From assembly GCA_964035575.1 (NCBI GenBank), contig OZ037847.1:1302001-1366000 (forward strand): 64,000 bases of DNA, given 5' to 3'. The notes under the pieces are model-generated. The model was not told the origin of the DNA and searched no databases. It saw only the letters and a program-made list of their open reading frames with translations. Position 1 is the stretch's first letter. Each line of letters opens with the position of its first letter. This stretch comes from Rhynchopus sp. YZ270_cl-10 (Eukaryota). The position numbers and the translations under genes were made by a program. Below, piece by piece: positions 1 to 11,316 of this stretch.

Positions 1-1
1 C

Positions 2-391
2 GAGGCCGGCGACGCGCAGGACGGGGCCCGCTTCGCCGTTGATGTGGTGGGTCTGTTGCTGCAGCAAGCTCCCTTGGAGGCGGTGCTGAGAAAGCTCGAT
101 GACAGTATCTCCTTCTGGCAGTTGAGGGCGAGTTGTGGGAGGTCGGGTGCGGTCGCCTTCCGCGACAAGGTCTGGACGGCGGATGTCGTGCCGAAGGACC
201 GGCAGGCGGCGGTGGCGGCGGCGCACGCAGCAGGGCGTGGTGCGAAGTCCGGGCACGGGGGTGGCCGGGCCGGGCAGGCGTACGGGGGTGGCAACGGGGG
301 GGGCCAGGCCGCGCAGCCGTACGCGCCGGGAAACGGTGGTGGCAGAGGCCGAGGCGGGGGAGGGCATTGGCGCGGTGGTCAACGCAAGTGA
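2..391 (+). CDS. C-terminal part of gag-like ORF1 (partial)
   Basis: Open frame from window start, upstream of YR; ends in a Gly/Arg-rich RGG-like tail (GGRGRGGGGHWRGGQRK). Confidence 0.6.
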   Translation, partial: EAGDAQDGARFAVDVVGLLLQQAPLEAVLRKLDDSISFWQLRASCGRSGAVAFRDKVWTADVVPKDRQAAVAAAHAAGRGAKSGHGGGRAGQAYGGGNGGGQAAQPYAPGNGGGRGRGGGGHWRGGQRK

Positions 392-515
392 CGAGAGCAG
401 GCGGCAGCGCGCGTTACGCTCTCCCTCCCACCACCCTCCCCCCCCTCTTGTTTTTTCTTCCCCCCCCCCACGGCCCTCCCCGCCAAAACACACATCCGCC
501 GAGTTTTCTTCCGAA

Positions 516-1511
516 ATGCTGCTTCAGGCTTTGCGCAAGCCGAAGAAGGGTCTCGGGGTGGCGAGGAGGAAGGAGGTGGACGACTGCGTGTTCCGCCTCC
601 GCGACGGCAAGCAGGCCGCGCGCGCTTTGGCCCATCTTGTCCCGTGGGACCAAGCGCACACTTTCGACGTGGGGCCCCGAGCAGCAGGCACCCGCGACTG
701 GCTGCTCCGAGCGTTCCGGCAGTTCGCCGAAGGGGAGACCGAGACCACGCCTCCCGACCAGACGTTGATTCGGTTCGTCTGGGGTCGCCTGCGCGGAGCG
801 TCGTCCCTCTCCGTGGCCGACTACTGCGGGCGGCTGCTGAAGGCACTGGCGGCCGAGGGGGAGACGGGATACCGCACGCGCCGGGTGCTGGCGGTGAAGC
901 GCGCGCTGACGCGTTTCGGGACGTTGCTGAGGCCGAGTCAGGCGCCGCCGGTAGACGTGGACGCGGTGATGGACGTGGTCGAGGCTTTCGGTCGCGAGGG
1001 GGCCGAGCGCGAACGGGCGTTTGTGGCCTTGGTGTGGATGGCACGGGCGCGTATGGCGGACGCACGATACCTGCTGGTGCGCGACCTGGTGGAGGTGACA
1101 GACGAGGGCGCGACGGGGCTGGAAGTCGCCCTGAAGGAGAAGCAGCAGAAGAGCTGGACACCCGTGGTGTATTTGCCACCCGGGACGCTTACCCAATACG
1201 TGGTGGAATGGGCACGCGCGCGTCGCTTGGCGGAAGGACAGGACGCGCCGTTGTTTGCAGCGACCGAGACGCAGTACCAGCGCCTCATGCGTCGGGTGGT
1301 GGGGGCTCTGCCGGCAGGGTCCTGGGCGCACTCGCTTCGCAGGGGGTCAGCGCAGGCCCTGCAATCCTGGGGGATGAGCGTGGACGGACTGAGGGACGCG
1401 CTGCGCCACGCGTCATCCAGAACGACGGTGCGTTACCTCATGCGTACGGCGCCCGAGGCTCGCAGGAAGGCACGCTCGACGCTGGACGTCCTGCAGGAGC
1501 GGCCGCTGTAG
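516..1511 (+). CDS. Tyrosine recombinase of the retroelement
   Basis: Catalytic pattern: ARMADA (R), HSLRRG (HxxR), LRHASSRTTVRY (H...Y); ATG at 516 follows a polypyrimidine tract. Confidence 0.9.
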   Translation: MLLQALRKPKKGLGVARRKEVDDCVFRLRDGKQAARALAHLVPWDQAHTFDVGPRAAGTRDWLLRAFRQFAEGETETTPPDQTLIRFVWGRLRGASSLSVADYCGRLLKALAAEGETGYRTRRVLAVKRALTRFGTLLRPSQAPPVDVDAVMDVVEAFGREGAERERAFVALVWMARARMADARYLLVRDLVEVTDEGATGLEVALKEKQQKSWTPVVYLPPGTLTQYVVEWARARRLAEGQDAPLFAATETQYQRLMRRVVGALPAGSWAHSLRRGSAQALQSWGMSVDGLRDALRHASSRTTVRYLMRTAPEARRKARSTLDVLQERPL

Positions 1512-3217
1512 GTTGGTTGTTCCGGGGGTTGGACGGGTACCCGTTGGGGGAGTATGTGCGTGACGAGGGGGATGACGTGGTGGAGGCGGATGTTGAGACG
1601 TCTGCGGCGCCTCCGCATGTGCTCTTGGATGATGTCGCTGGGGTCTGGGGTGGCCCATCTGGGGTGAAGCGGCAGGTGCTTGACTCATTCCCGGCGGGTC
1701 TGATTGATTTGGGGGCGCTCCGCCGACTGGTACCGGCGAAGGCCAGGTTGTTCGCAATGCTTGACGACATTGCGACTTTCCGTGCGCAGCTGACGGGGTC
1801 TGGGGTGTCGATGCCGGGCCCGCCCTCCAAGCTCCAGGACGGCATGTTGGCGGCGTGCGTGGGTAGTGGGGTTTTGCGCACGGAGAAGCGAGCTTTCCCG
1901 TCGGTGTGTGGGCTGTCTGTGTTTCCGCTGGCGAAGACGAACGGCAAGATGCGTCTCATCGTTGACGCACGGCCGTTGAACACGGCGATGCACTCCCCGC
2001 CAAAGTTCAGCCTCCCTACACCATACGAGCTGTCGGAACTCATCCTACGCGGGGGCGCTACGCATGCAGTCGTGGCGGATTTCAAAGGGTTTTTCTGGCA
2101 ATTCCCTTTGTCCGCGGAGGTGGGGCAGTTTTTTGGTGTGCGGCAGGGTGCGCGTCGCATGCAGCTTACCCGCATGGCGATGGGGTGGTCGTGGGCGGCG
2201 GTGATTGCGCAGGAGACGTCGCTGGGGCTTCTCGGGGATATGGCGGGTGTGTGTGCTGCTGCGTGGATAGACGACAACCTCATTTTGGGGAAGTCGGCGG
2301 GTGAGGCGTCTGCGCGGCTTCGGGGGTTCCTGCGCAGAGCGGACGAAGTTGGCGCTGAGGTGAACCGCGAGAAGTCGACGCTCACTCCGGTACAGGTGTG
2401 TACCTACGCAGGGATTGAGTGGGATTTGCGGGGGCGCAGAATGCGGCTGCCGGGGGAGTGGCGTCGGAAGGCCCGTGTCGTGATGGACGTATTGCTGTCG
2501 GCGTCGGGTCCCTCGCTGCGCGAAGTGTGGAAAGGTATCGGGGCCGTCATCTGGGCGACGTATGCGATGGGGGACCGGTTCTGCGGGGTGCCGGACATGT
2601 TGGCGTGGATTCGTGCGCGGGGCGCCGAGGTGTCTGCGGGCGCGATTGACTGGGACGACCAGGTGCAGATCTCTGCGGGCATGCGGACGGACTTGTGTGT
2701 GTTTGTGGAGCGGCGATTGGTGCCGGATGTGTGGCGCGTCCCCAGGTGGAAGCTGTCGCCGGAGGAGGGGTGTGACACGGTGGTGTGGTCGGACGCGTGC
2801 CCCGAGGGGTGGGGGTTTATTGTGCGGACGCTTGCTGGCGGGCGCGCTTTCAGGAAGTGGGGCACGTGGTCCACGGTCGAGGATATTTTCATTTTGGAGT
2901 TGCGGGCGATGGCCTGGGGCGTGCTGCATGCTGTACGTGGTGGCGCCCGCAGGATTTTGGTGGTGGGGGACAACGCCGCGGTGGTTGCTGTGCTGGAGCA
3001 GGGCCACTGTGCAGTCAGGTTAGGGAACACGGTCTTGGAGCGCCTGTTTCGGGTCACTGACGGGGCGGGTGCGGGCATGTTGTCGCGCTGGATCGCGACG
3101 GACCGTATGCCGGCGGACGAGCTGTCGCGATGGGGTACCGCTGGGCAGGACTGGGCCGACCCCCCGTCGGACGGCGTGGTGGTCGACGGTGGCGGTTTTA
3201 TGTGGTCGGACGAGTGA
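1512..3217 (+). CDS. Reverse transcriptase / RNase H (start uncertain; frame is open from 644)
   Basis: RT motifs MRLIVDAR, ADFKGFFWQF, MAMGWSWA, WIDDNLI; DIRS-type RNase H motifs WSDAC, IFILELRA, GDNAAV, PADELSR. Confidence 0.92.
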
Positions 3218-3498
3218 TGTCCTTAGATTATTCTTATTTTAGATTGCCTTCTGTTTTTTCTTCCAGCTTTTCATTAAAGCTGTTTCCCTGCCCTGTTTTT
3301 TGTCCGCTGTTTTTTTTGCAGTGGCTTTTGGTTTTATTTCTGGATGCCTGCGCCCGCTGAGGCTTGGTGTCGTATCATTGGTTTTTTGTTCACTCCGCCT
3401 TTTTTCTGGGCCCTCGGGGGTCCTGTGTTTTTGTTTGTAGTTGGGATGGATGCTCTCGTGGCCTACGGGTTTAAATATTCTACGTGACGGTGTCAGGA

Positions 3499-4131
<633 letters not shown>

Positions 4132-4188
4132 CCCCCTTTCAATTGAACAACAGGAAAAAAAATTCAAAATAACCACAATGAAATAAAT

Positions 4189-7100
4189 ATGTCATCGTTG
4201 AAGCATCCATTGCTCACCTCAGATGGTTATAACGATCGTCGCCACCACCCGCCGTACACGCAAATCCATGGGTTGAATGGGTTCTCTCCAGTTGATGCAG
4301 GGACGAATTTTTCGTCGTCAACTTCGCATGCTTCAGGGGAAACAGTAGGGCGGGGACCAACGCTTCTTGGCATCGATGGTACCCCTATCAGCAGGGTGGG
4401 AGAGGGTAAAGCAGCGACGCACCTTACCCCACTCCGCACCACACAGCCTTCCTCCTCCCCATCTCCTGCAATCCCGGGATACTCCTTGCTTGGGTCCGCT
4501 CCGGTACGACAGCCATCCGCACCCCGGAATAATTTTTCTTTATTCTTGGGAAAGGAGGACCCGAAAATGCATTCCTTGATAGAATCCGATTCAGATGAGG
4601 AAGAAGAAGAGGAAGAGGAGGAAGAAGAAGAAGAAGAAGAAGAAGAAGCTGTCTCCGGTATTTCAGGGCATTATGACATTTCGGTGCAAGGGGAGGATGG
4701 AGATGGGAGGTATTTGAGCAACCATGATGTGCCTCCTTTACGACCGATTCCGACGGTTCCGCAGTTGCATTTGAAAGGAGGGGCACCACACTTGCAGGTA
4801 GATGCATTTCGCCCGATCGATGGAGGTCATCATTCAAAATCCGGCTCTGGCGGGTATTCCCTCGAAGCATGCGACAACGAGCCTGCATTGCTGAAAGGCC
4901 GCAAAAAGGTTCTATTCGGAGAAGGCCAAGGAGAGGTTCGAGAGGAGGTATCGCAGTCTACATCTTCCGTTTCGTCGGTGAGTTTGTCATCTTTGTCGTC
5001 CTCATCATCTTCAGAGAAAAACCAAAAATCACCCTCCACCCGCACAATATGGAAGAAACAGGTTAATCAGATTATGCGCGGAAAATGGAAAGGAAAATAC
5101 CAGGTTATCCCGAATTTTCATCTTGAAAGGCTAAATGGACGGCGTCTCAAGCTTGTTATGGTTTTGTTCTACCTTTCGATATTGTTTGCGTTTCTGTTAA
5201 AGGTTTATACAGAGAAGATCACTCAGATTGACAATATCTGTAATGTCGGATCTGAACATATGTCAGAAAGCGGGTGGAATTCAAGCGAATGCATGCAAAC
5301 CTATTCCGAGGGGGACGAAATACCTATCGACTTTGTCGAGAACGTGCCGTACGTCGCTTGCCCCTCGAAGACCTGCTTCAAATGGGTGGGCACCGTTCCG
5401 ACATTATCAGTTTTGAATAAAATGTATTTCATTGGATTCACCATCGAAACTGCAATGCCGAGTACAGATTACTTTGAACAGGAGATTTGGTTTGCAGGGT
5501 TTTCTCACGTCCTAAATGATGATGGAACACCGGTCGATGGGGGAGAGCTGCTACCACCGTCTGCCTTCCATAGTAGAAATGTTACGTATAATAATGACAC
5601 CTCAACGTGGGACAAAAAGACGAGAACGTTCCGATGTAAAGCAGAGAATAAATGCGACTTTGACTTCTTCCCCGAACCCATTTATGCGACATCAAAGCCT
5701 CGTTTCCTTCAGTTGCTCCTATTCGATGCTGAACGTATAGAACCTATCATATCTGTAGGTGAACCACCCGCCGTCGCCATCATCTACTCCTTCTGGCTTG
5801 AGTCTGTTATTGAGCTGTTGGTGCGTTATGGGTCGTTGTTGATCGTCATTTATTTCTTGGTGATATACATCAAAACCCTAGGGTGTTCGAACTATTGTGG
5901 AATGAAACCGCATTTCAGACAGCACGGCTCCGCCAAATCAAAACCATGGCTTCTCGAACAAAAATGGACTGTCATTGTGCTCTGCTTTTCTGTATTGTAC
6001 TTAAACCCTATGAAGCTCCCTTCGATGTATAACTTTGCACGAAATGGATTGGTATTGGACGGACCTGGGTGGACCTGGCGTGATAGGGTCTACTATTTTA
6101 TTGATGTGAACCTCCCAGCGTACTTCATCAACCTGGTGCGGATGTGGGAGCTTATGATATACTCATGTTGTTTCAAACGGTCGCCAAAGCTGTCCCTTAG
6201 GTTCAAACATCTTAAGAGGTCCTGGCCCTACTGGCTTATTGTTATCTGGTATACTGTGTTTTTGACGCAAGATTGGGTGCGACTCAAATCTGCGTACAAA
6301 TCTTATTATGTGCAGGAAAGCGCAAACAACGGTGTCTGGCAAGGTAATCTTATCGCAAATTCATTTGTGTTCACCATTCTGATGGGGCTATGGATGTGCG
6401 CCATGATCGGCTTCTTCCTCAAAGCCAGCCACGACCTCATCAACCGACACTACTGGAAGACCAAATCACGACAGCTCTCCTTCCGCCTTTTTGTCGTCCT
6501 CAACATCTGGCACGCCATCTACGTTTCCGTCTCGATCTTTTATTGCTACTACCAATACAAGGTTGGCCGCGCAGTTCTAGAAGACATGGTGTGCAGCAAT
6601 GTGGTTACCGGACACACTGTGGGAGACACCATATCGAACATTGTGTTTGTCCTTATTCTGGCATATCTGTTTTCACCTGTTATATTTAAGCCTGGACAGG
6701 CGCCGCCAGATGCTTTGGACAGAGAGTGGGTGTCGACACGCTGGACACCTGCGTGGAAGAGCTTTGTAAACCACCAGTCAAATTCTACGATGTACTTCTT
6801 CCTGTGGGACTCAGAACGGCACATCTTCGAGGACAGTCAACGCAAGGACAGCGGTGCTGCCGGGCAGAACACTCTCCTCTCTACAGCCATGCGTCGTATG
6901 CGCCGAACCCTCCAAGGCGGCAAACTCAAAATGGAAACCGCAAGCGCGAAATTCAAAGAAACCCGCCAATCCCTCCACACCAAGCTCGTCGACTCACAGT
7001 GGACACACTCCTTTGGAAAGTATGTCCCCTTTTCTTATCCCCCCCTCAACAAAATTTACAGAAAATCCGACCGAGAGCCCGCGAATGACTCCTTCAGCAC

Positions 7101-9462
7101 CTCCCAACCAAGCAGTCCTTTCACCTTCGGTTTGGGTGGATATCTGCAAAACATATTGAGTGCAGGGGGAAAGCCTCTGTCACCTACCCAATCGCAGGAA
7201 GGTCTTCGCGAGGTGACAGCAGTTTTATCGCCACGATCATCACTTTCTTCTACACTGGAGGTGCCGCTGTTTAATGCAGATAATGACGTTCTAGGTGCAC
7301 CAGTTGTTCCTACTATGGGTGGACGACGTAGTACACACCCTATGAGAACAAAGCCATATCGCAACACTTCCTTATCACCCCAAAGCGACGCACATGCAAC
7401 ACCACAGCGCCTCGCCTCGCTCAACTCCAACTTCTCCGACCCCCCTGGAAAACAACGCGCTGTTCCCCCTTTAATTCTCGAACCACGAAGCTTTGCATAC
7501 AAAAGCATGTACCCCACTACAGGCTCACCATATACAAAGAGCCTCTCGTTTACTGGGGTAGATGATGTATACGATGAAAAGCGGATAATGCACAACCGGC
7601 ATATCGAAGAAGGCGAAGAATCACTTCAAGGGGAATGGCCGGAAGAGGAAACGGAGGAGAAGGATAAAGATGAACCGATTAAACCGTTGTTTTCGTTGGA
7701 GCTTTGCATTGATATGTTGCTTCTGTCGTGGGAGGCTTATGGCGACGAACCTTCATGTGATCATACAGGGGAGTATACCGGACGGCAAATGCCTATAGAC
7801 GTGAAACGCCATGGATATGAGCTTCTCGAGGTAATCCACTCCTGCATCGATGGAAAAAAGATGACCTTTGAGAAGGAACACCCATACCACTCCCATCCGC
7901 TGTCCTATCGGTACCTCCGTGCGTTTTCTTGCTCGCATTGTGGTACGACGAATGCAAAAGGGAAAAACAGTCATACTCCAGGATATCAACAAGGTGGGAT
8001 GTGCTATGCATGTGGTGTGTGTAGTAGATCTGCTAAAGGGTCGGTTTATGCATTGTGCAGGGCCTGTTTTAAATTGGGGTTGGTCGATGAGATTGAGGAG
8101 AAGCAGATGCAGGAGGAAGGGGAGGTGTCGCAGTCGTTGCATGGTACTCCTTCGCAGGGGTCTTCACAGAAGAGGGGAAGATCTGAAACAACAAAGACGC
8201 GGCTTGGCTCAATGATTCATGATAATTCGAAAAGGGCAAGAGATGGACTAAAGGACCTCCGAGAAACCGTGTCTGCAAAAGGAAATACGGTCCGCACCGA
8301 AATGAAAAAACTCTCCCAAGAAGCGCGAGAGGTGCTCTCATCCCTCCGTTCTCAAGAAGACCTTATCAAAACAGCAGATCTTCAGGCAATTATTTGCAAA
8401 AATGCGACGCAGATTGTGGTAGTATTTCGTGGCACCGATAATATACAAAATGTGAAGACGGATTGCCATATGACGCGCATGGTTGTGCAGGATATGATTG
8501 AAGATAAGGAGTTTGACCTACTCGACGTTTCCTCCTGCATCCATGCACTGAAGAAGCGGTCCGGGTTTGGTCTGCCAAGATGCCACAAAGGGTTTCTCTC
8601 TGCATTCCAAAAAATCGGCCCAGAAGTTATGAAGCGGCTGAAACCGATTCTCGATTGCTATGCTGACTATGAGATCCTTTGTACAGGACATTCGCTGGGA
8701 GGTGCCTTGACCGTGCTTCTTGCCTATTGGGTACGCCGGCACTACCTAAAAAAGCACATCGACAAGAACCCTGTCGTCTACACCTTCGGCTCCCCCCGTC
8801 TAGGAAACTCTATCTTTGCGGACCTTGTAGACAAAAACGTTCCAAATATCTTCCGAGTTGTCAACCAATCTGACATCATCCCAACCATGCCCTGGCGTCT
8901 CTTCGGTACACTATACAAACACGTTGGACGTGAAGTGTGCATCGACAAAAGTGGTAACTTAATCATCGAACCAACTTTTATTGAACAATTTATCGGTCCG
9001 ACCAGAGCGCAACGCAAACTAGGGTTGTTAGGCGTGTACCGCATGCTGTGGCCGTCGTCGTCCTTGACGGATCACTCGATGATCGGATATGCAAAGTCGT
9101 TGAATAAGATCACAGAGTACTTCAAGGTGCTTGACTGCAAGGTGAAGACACATCGTGGCAAGAAGAACGCTCTGTTCCTGACCCACAGGGACCGCTGGAA
9201 CGACGATGGGACCTGCCTGCTATGTGGAAAGGCTACCAAATCAGAAGGCCAAGTGTGCTCCGTCAGTGGCAACCCGCATCTCAGCCAAAGCATTCTCGAG
9301 ACACCCAACGCGACGATACAGCCTCTAAACTCTGTCGACATGGACGCAAGTCGAATGGAATTCTCCCAGTTCGTCACCGCCCTCGAGCGAGAACAAGAAT
9401 TCAACAATCAATCCTTCATCAGCCCACGCGGGGTCAGCAGAATTCCCAGTATTTTACTATAG
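4189..9462 (+). CDS. Multi-pass membrane protein with TMEM181/Wntless-like TM region, Cys/His-rich C1/DC1-like insert and class 3 lipase domain
   Basis: 1757-aa ORF; lipase motifs VVVFRGT, CHKGF, CTGHSLGGAL, YTFGSPRLGN, RVVNQSDIIP, DHSM; about 8 hydrophobic helices incl. WLLEQKWTVIVLCFSVLYLNP. Confidence 0.88.
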   Translation: MSSLKHPLLTSDGYNDRRHHPPYTQIHGLNGFSPVDAGTNFSSSTSHASGETVGRGPTLLGIDGTPISRVGEGKAATHLTPLRTTQPSSSPSPAIPGYSLLGSAPVRQPSAPRNNFSLFLGKEDPKMHSLIESDSDEEEEEEEEEEEEEEEEEAVSGISGHYDISVQGEDGDGRYLSNHDVPPLRPIPTVPQLHLKGGAPHLQVDAFRPIDGGHHSKSGSGGYSLEACDNEPALLKGRKKVLFGEGQGEVREEVSQSTSSVSSVSLSSLSSSSSSEKNQKSPSTRTIWKKQVNQIMRGKWKGKYQVIPNFHLERLNGRRLKLVMVLFYLSILFAFLLKVYTEKITQIDNICNVGSEHMSESGWNSSECMQTYSEGDEIPIDFVENVPYVACPSKTCFKWVGTVPTLSVLNKMYFIGFTIETAMPSTDYFEQEIWFAGFSHVLNDDGTPVDGGELLPPSAFHSRNVTYNNDTSTWDKKTRTFRCKAENKCDFDFFPEPIYATSKPRFLQLLLFDAERIEPIISVGEPPAVAIIYSFWLESVIELLVRYGSLLIVIYFLVIYIKTLGCSNYCGMKPHFRQHGSAKSKPWLLEQKWTVIVLCFSVLYLNPMKLPSMYNFARNGLVLDGPGWTWRDRVYYFIDVNLPAYFINLVRMWELMIYSCCFKRSPKLSLRFKHLKRSWPYWLIVIWYTVFLTQDWVRLKSAYKSYYVQESANNGVWQGNLIANSFVFTILMGLWMCAMIGFFLKASHDLINRHYWKTKSRQLSFRLFVVLNIWHAIYVSVSIFYCYYQYKVGRAVLEDMVCSNVVTGHTVGDTISNIVFVLILAYLFSPVIFKPGQAPPDALDREWVSTRWTPAWKSFVNHQSNSTMYFFLWDSERHIFEDSQRKDSGAAGQNTLLSTAMRRMRRTLQGGKLKMETASAKFKETRQSLHTKLVDSQWTHSFGKYVPFSYPPLNKIYRKSDREPANDSFSTSQPSSPFTFGLGGYLQNILSAGGKPLSPTQSQEGLREVTAVLSPRSSLSSTLEVPLFNADNDVLGAPVVPTMGGRRSTHPMRTKPYRNTSLSPQSDAHATPQRLASLNSNFSDPPGKQRAVPPLILEPRSFAYKSMYPTTGSPYTKSLSFTGVDDVYDEKRIMHNRHIEEGEESLQGEWPEEETEEKDKDEPIKPLFSLELCIDMLLLSWEAYGDEPSCDHTGEYTGRQMPIDVKRHGYELLEVIHSCIDGKKMTFEKEHPYHSHPLSYRYLRAFSCSHCGTTNAKGKNSHTPGYQQGGMCYACGVCSRSAKGSVYALCRACFKLGLVDEIEEKQMQEEGEVSQSLHGTPSQGSSQKRGRSETTKTRLGSMIHDNSKRARDGLKDLRETVSAKGNTVRTEMKKLSQEAREVLSSLRSQEDLIKTADLQAIICKNATQIVVVFRGTDNIQNVKTDCHMTRMVVQDMIEDKEFDLLDVSSCIHALKKRSGFGLPRCHKGFLSAFQKIGPEVMKRLKPILDCYADYEILCTGHSLGGALTVLLAYWVRRHYLKKHIDKNPVVYTFGSPRLGNSIFADLVDKNVPNIFRVVNQSDIIPTMPWRLFGTLYKHVGREVCIDKSGNLIIEPTFIEQFIGPTRAQRKLGLLGVYRMLWPSSSLTDHSMIGYAKSLNKITEYFKVLDCKVKTHRGKKNALFLTHRDRWNDDGTCLLCGKATKSEGQVCSVSGNPHLSQSILETPNATIQPLNSVDMDASRMEFSQFVTALEREQEFNNQSFISPRGVSRIPSILL

Positions 9463-9500
9463 GGGTTTTCTGGTTTGGGAAGGCTCGTTTTTCCTTTTAA

Positions 9501-9813
9501 TGTTACAAAGTAACAATAAACCATTTTTCCCGGTGACCCCCCCCTCCCCACCCCCTATGTTACACGGAAAAACCGTTTTTCCGAATTTTCATTTATTGTA
9601 ACAACAAGGCGCAGTGGACGTGCACATCCGAAAACACCCGCATTTGCATTTCCGGAATCCGTCCGCACTGTGGTGGGGTCAATCTGCCGAAATGGACAAG
9701 TTCTTGTTGTTGGAAAAAGCCACTTTTTCCCGCCATTGTTACAAAAAAAAAAAAGTTTTTTCCCCGGATTTCGGTCGGACCCCCTCCCCCCCCTTTATTG
9801 TTACTTTGTAACA
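9501..9813. mobile_element. MITE with TGT...ACA termini and TTAA target duplication (Ginger-like termini)
   Basis: Perfect 20-bp TIR TGTTACAAAGTAACAATAAA; TTAA at 9497-9500 and 9814-9817. Confidence 0.8.
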
Positions 9814-10289
9814 TTAAATGGAAAAACGAGCCTTCCCTTTTGTATTTTTATAGGGAGGGGGGTAGGGCAAAGACTGTCGGAACGGAAGCTACCCTGAAAA
9901 AGTATTTCAGAAAAAAAAAAAATGTATCGGGGAGAGAACTCACGTAGCGGTCAGGTGCCTGCTATCCCATGGGTGTTTGTACTAACAATTTCGCTTTGTG
10001 TTGTCTGTCCGCGGGTGGGGGTACGGTGTTACAATTCATAGAGGCTTAGGAGGGCCTCTGTCGCCATCCTAGGGTCGTTCTTTTCCAAGACTAAAGCACG
10101 TTGAGGATTAGGTTCATCTCATAAGCTTTTTTCGCGGAGTGTCGGTGCCTGCGTCCCAAGAGGCGTTTTGCACTATCAACTTCACTTTCTTTTGAGATTA
10201 TTATACATTGTTGAGATGACTCTTTCCTCCTTCTCAACGGAAAACCACATGTTCATATTTGTTCTTTGACGACTAATAAATTCAATCGA

Positions 10290-10640
10290 CAGTGGAGATT
10301 TGCACAACTGTGGCAACACAACCCCGAGGCAACTGCACTACTCCAACAATTTATCAAATTAGATCGTTTTTGACCCAACTCTTTGTCAGCATTGGACAGA
10401 AATCTGCAGATCAACGGCAGAGACTCACAGAGACTCATTCTTTTGTTTCCCCGAGTCCGATGACGCACCGAGGTACACTGCCACGAGAGGGCTTTCCATT
10501 TTCAAGTCATTTTATGTTCCTGCTGACAACCTCCCTCACGGTAACCGTGTGCATGCCAATGAAGTGCTCTCTGGGGGTTTGGTAACCCAGCCCTGCGTCC
10601 GCCGATGAACGGTGAGGCGTTTTGCACTTTCAACTTCTCT
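10290..10640 (+). repeat. Degenerate dispersed intergenic repeat; related copies near 22888-22955, 35129-35180 and 35917-36170
   Basis: Shared ordered blocks AGTGGAGA..GGCAAC..TTATCAAA, AGG(T/C)ACACTG..CACGAGAGGGCTTT..TTTCAAGTCA and GAACGGTGAGGCGTTT(T)GCACTTT. Confidence 0.7.
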
Positions 10641-11316
10641 TTTTATTTTTTTTCTAACAAAAACAAACCCATAGAGTAGAGTGAGAGGGAAGGGAAGCAA
10701 TGTATCGGATATTTGGGTAAAAACTAACTAATCGGTGTACCCTATGTTGTTCGAAGGTCGATTTTCCGCTGTGGTGGAGATTCCCAGACGAGCCCATAGA
10801 CCACTGATCTGCAGAATACTGCAATCAGCGTGGGAGGGGGTGCTTTTTTGCACCCTTCGACGCGCTGAGGGAGGGAGGGGGAAAGCAGTATGTTGTTTCA
10901 TATTCCCGCACCCGCCCCCAACCCCCTTTTTTTAGATGTGCTGTGCCACAAGGAAGCATTCATCTTTCAACCTTTTTGTTGCCTTTGTTTAGACTGATCC
11001 TTATTATTTGTTTTGTGGCAGTTTCAGCCCTTCTACAAAAAAGATGTTCTCAATTCATTTTTTTTCCTCTATTTTTTCTTCTCTCCAAGATACACATTTT
11101 TTCTGTCCATCCGAAACCAACGCCATACAAAGCCTAATTACCCTACATCTCCAATGAACCCCATTCGGAGGAAGCGCCCTCCACCCGCATTATCAGATGT
11201 TAACCCCGAAATGGATTGCAGTGACAGCACAGTTCCAACCTTTTCCCCCTTTTTTTCACTTTACCTCCACAACCCCCTATAGGTTACCATTTTTACCCCC
11301 TCAAATACAAAAAAAA

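Noticed and set aside
379..3078. Long minus-strand ORFs over the retroelement
   Set aside because: Antisense shadows of GC-rich coding frames with no motifs
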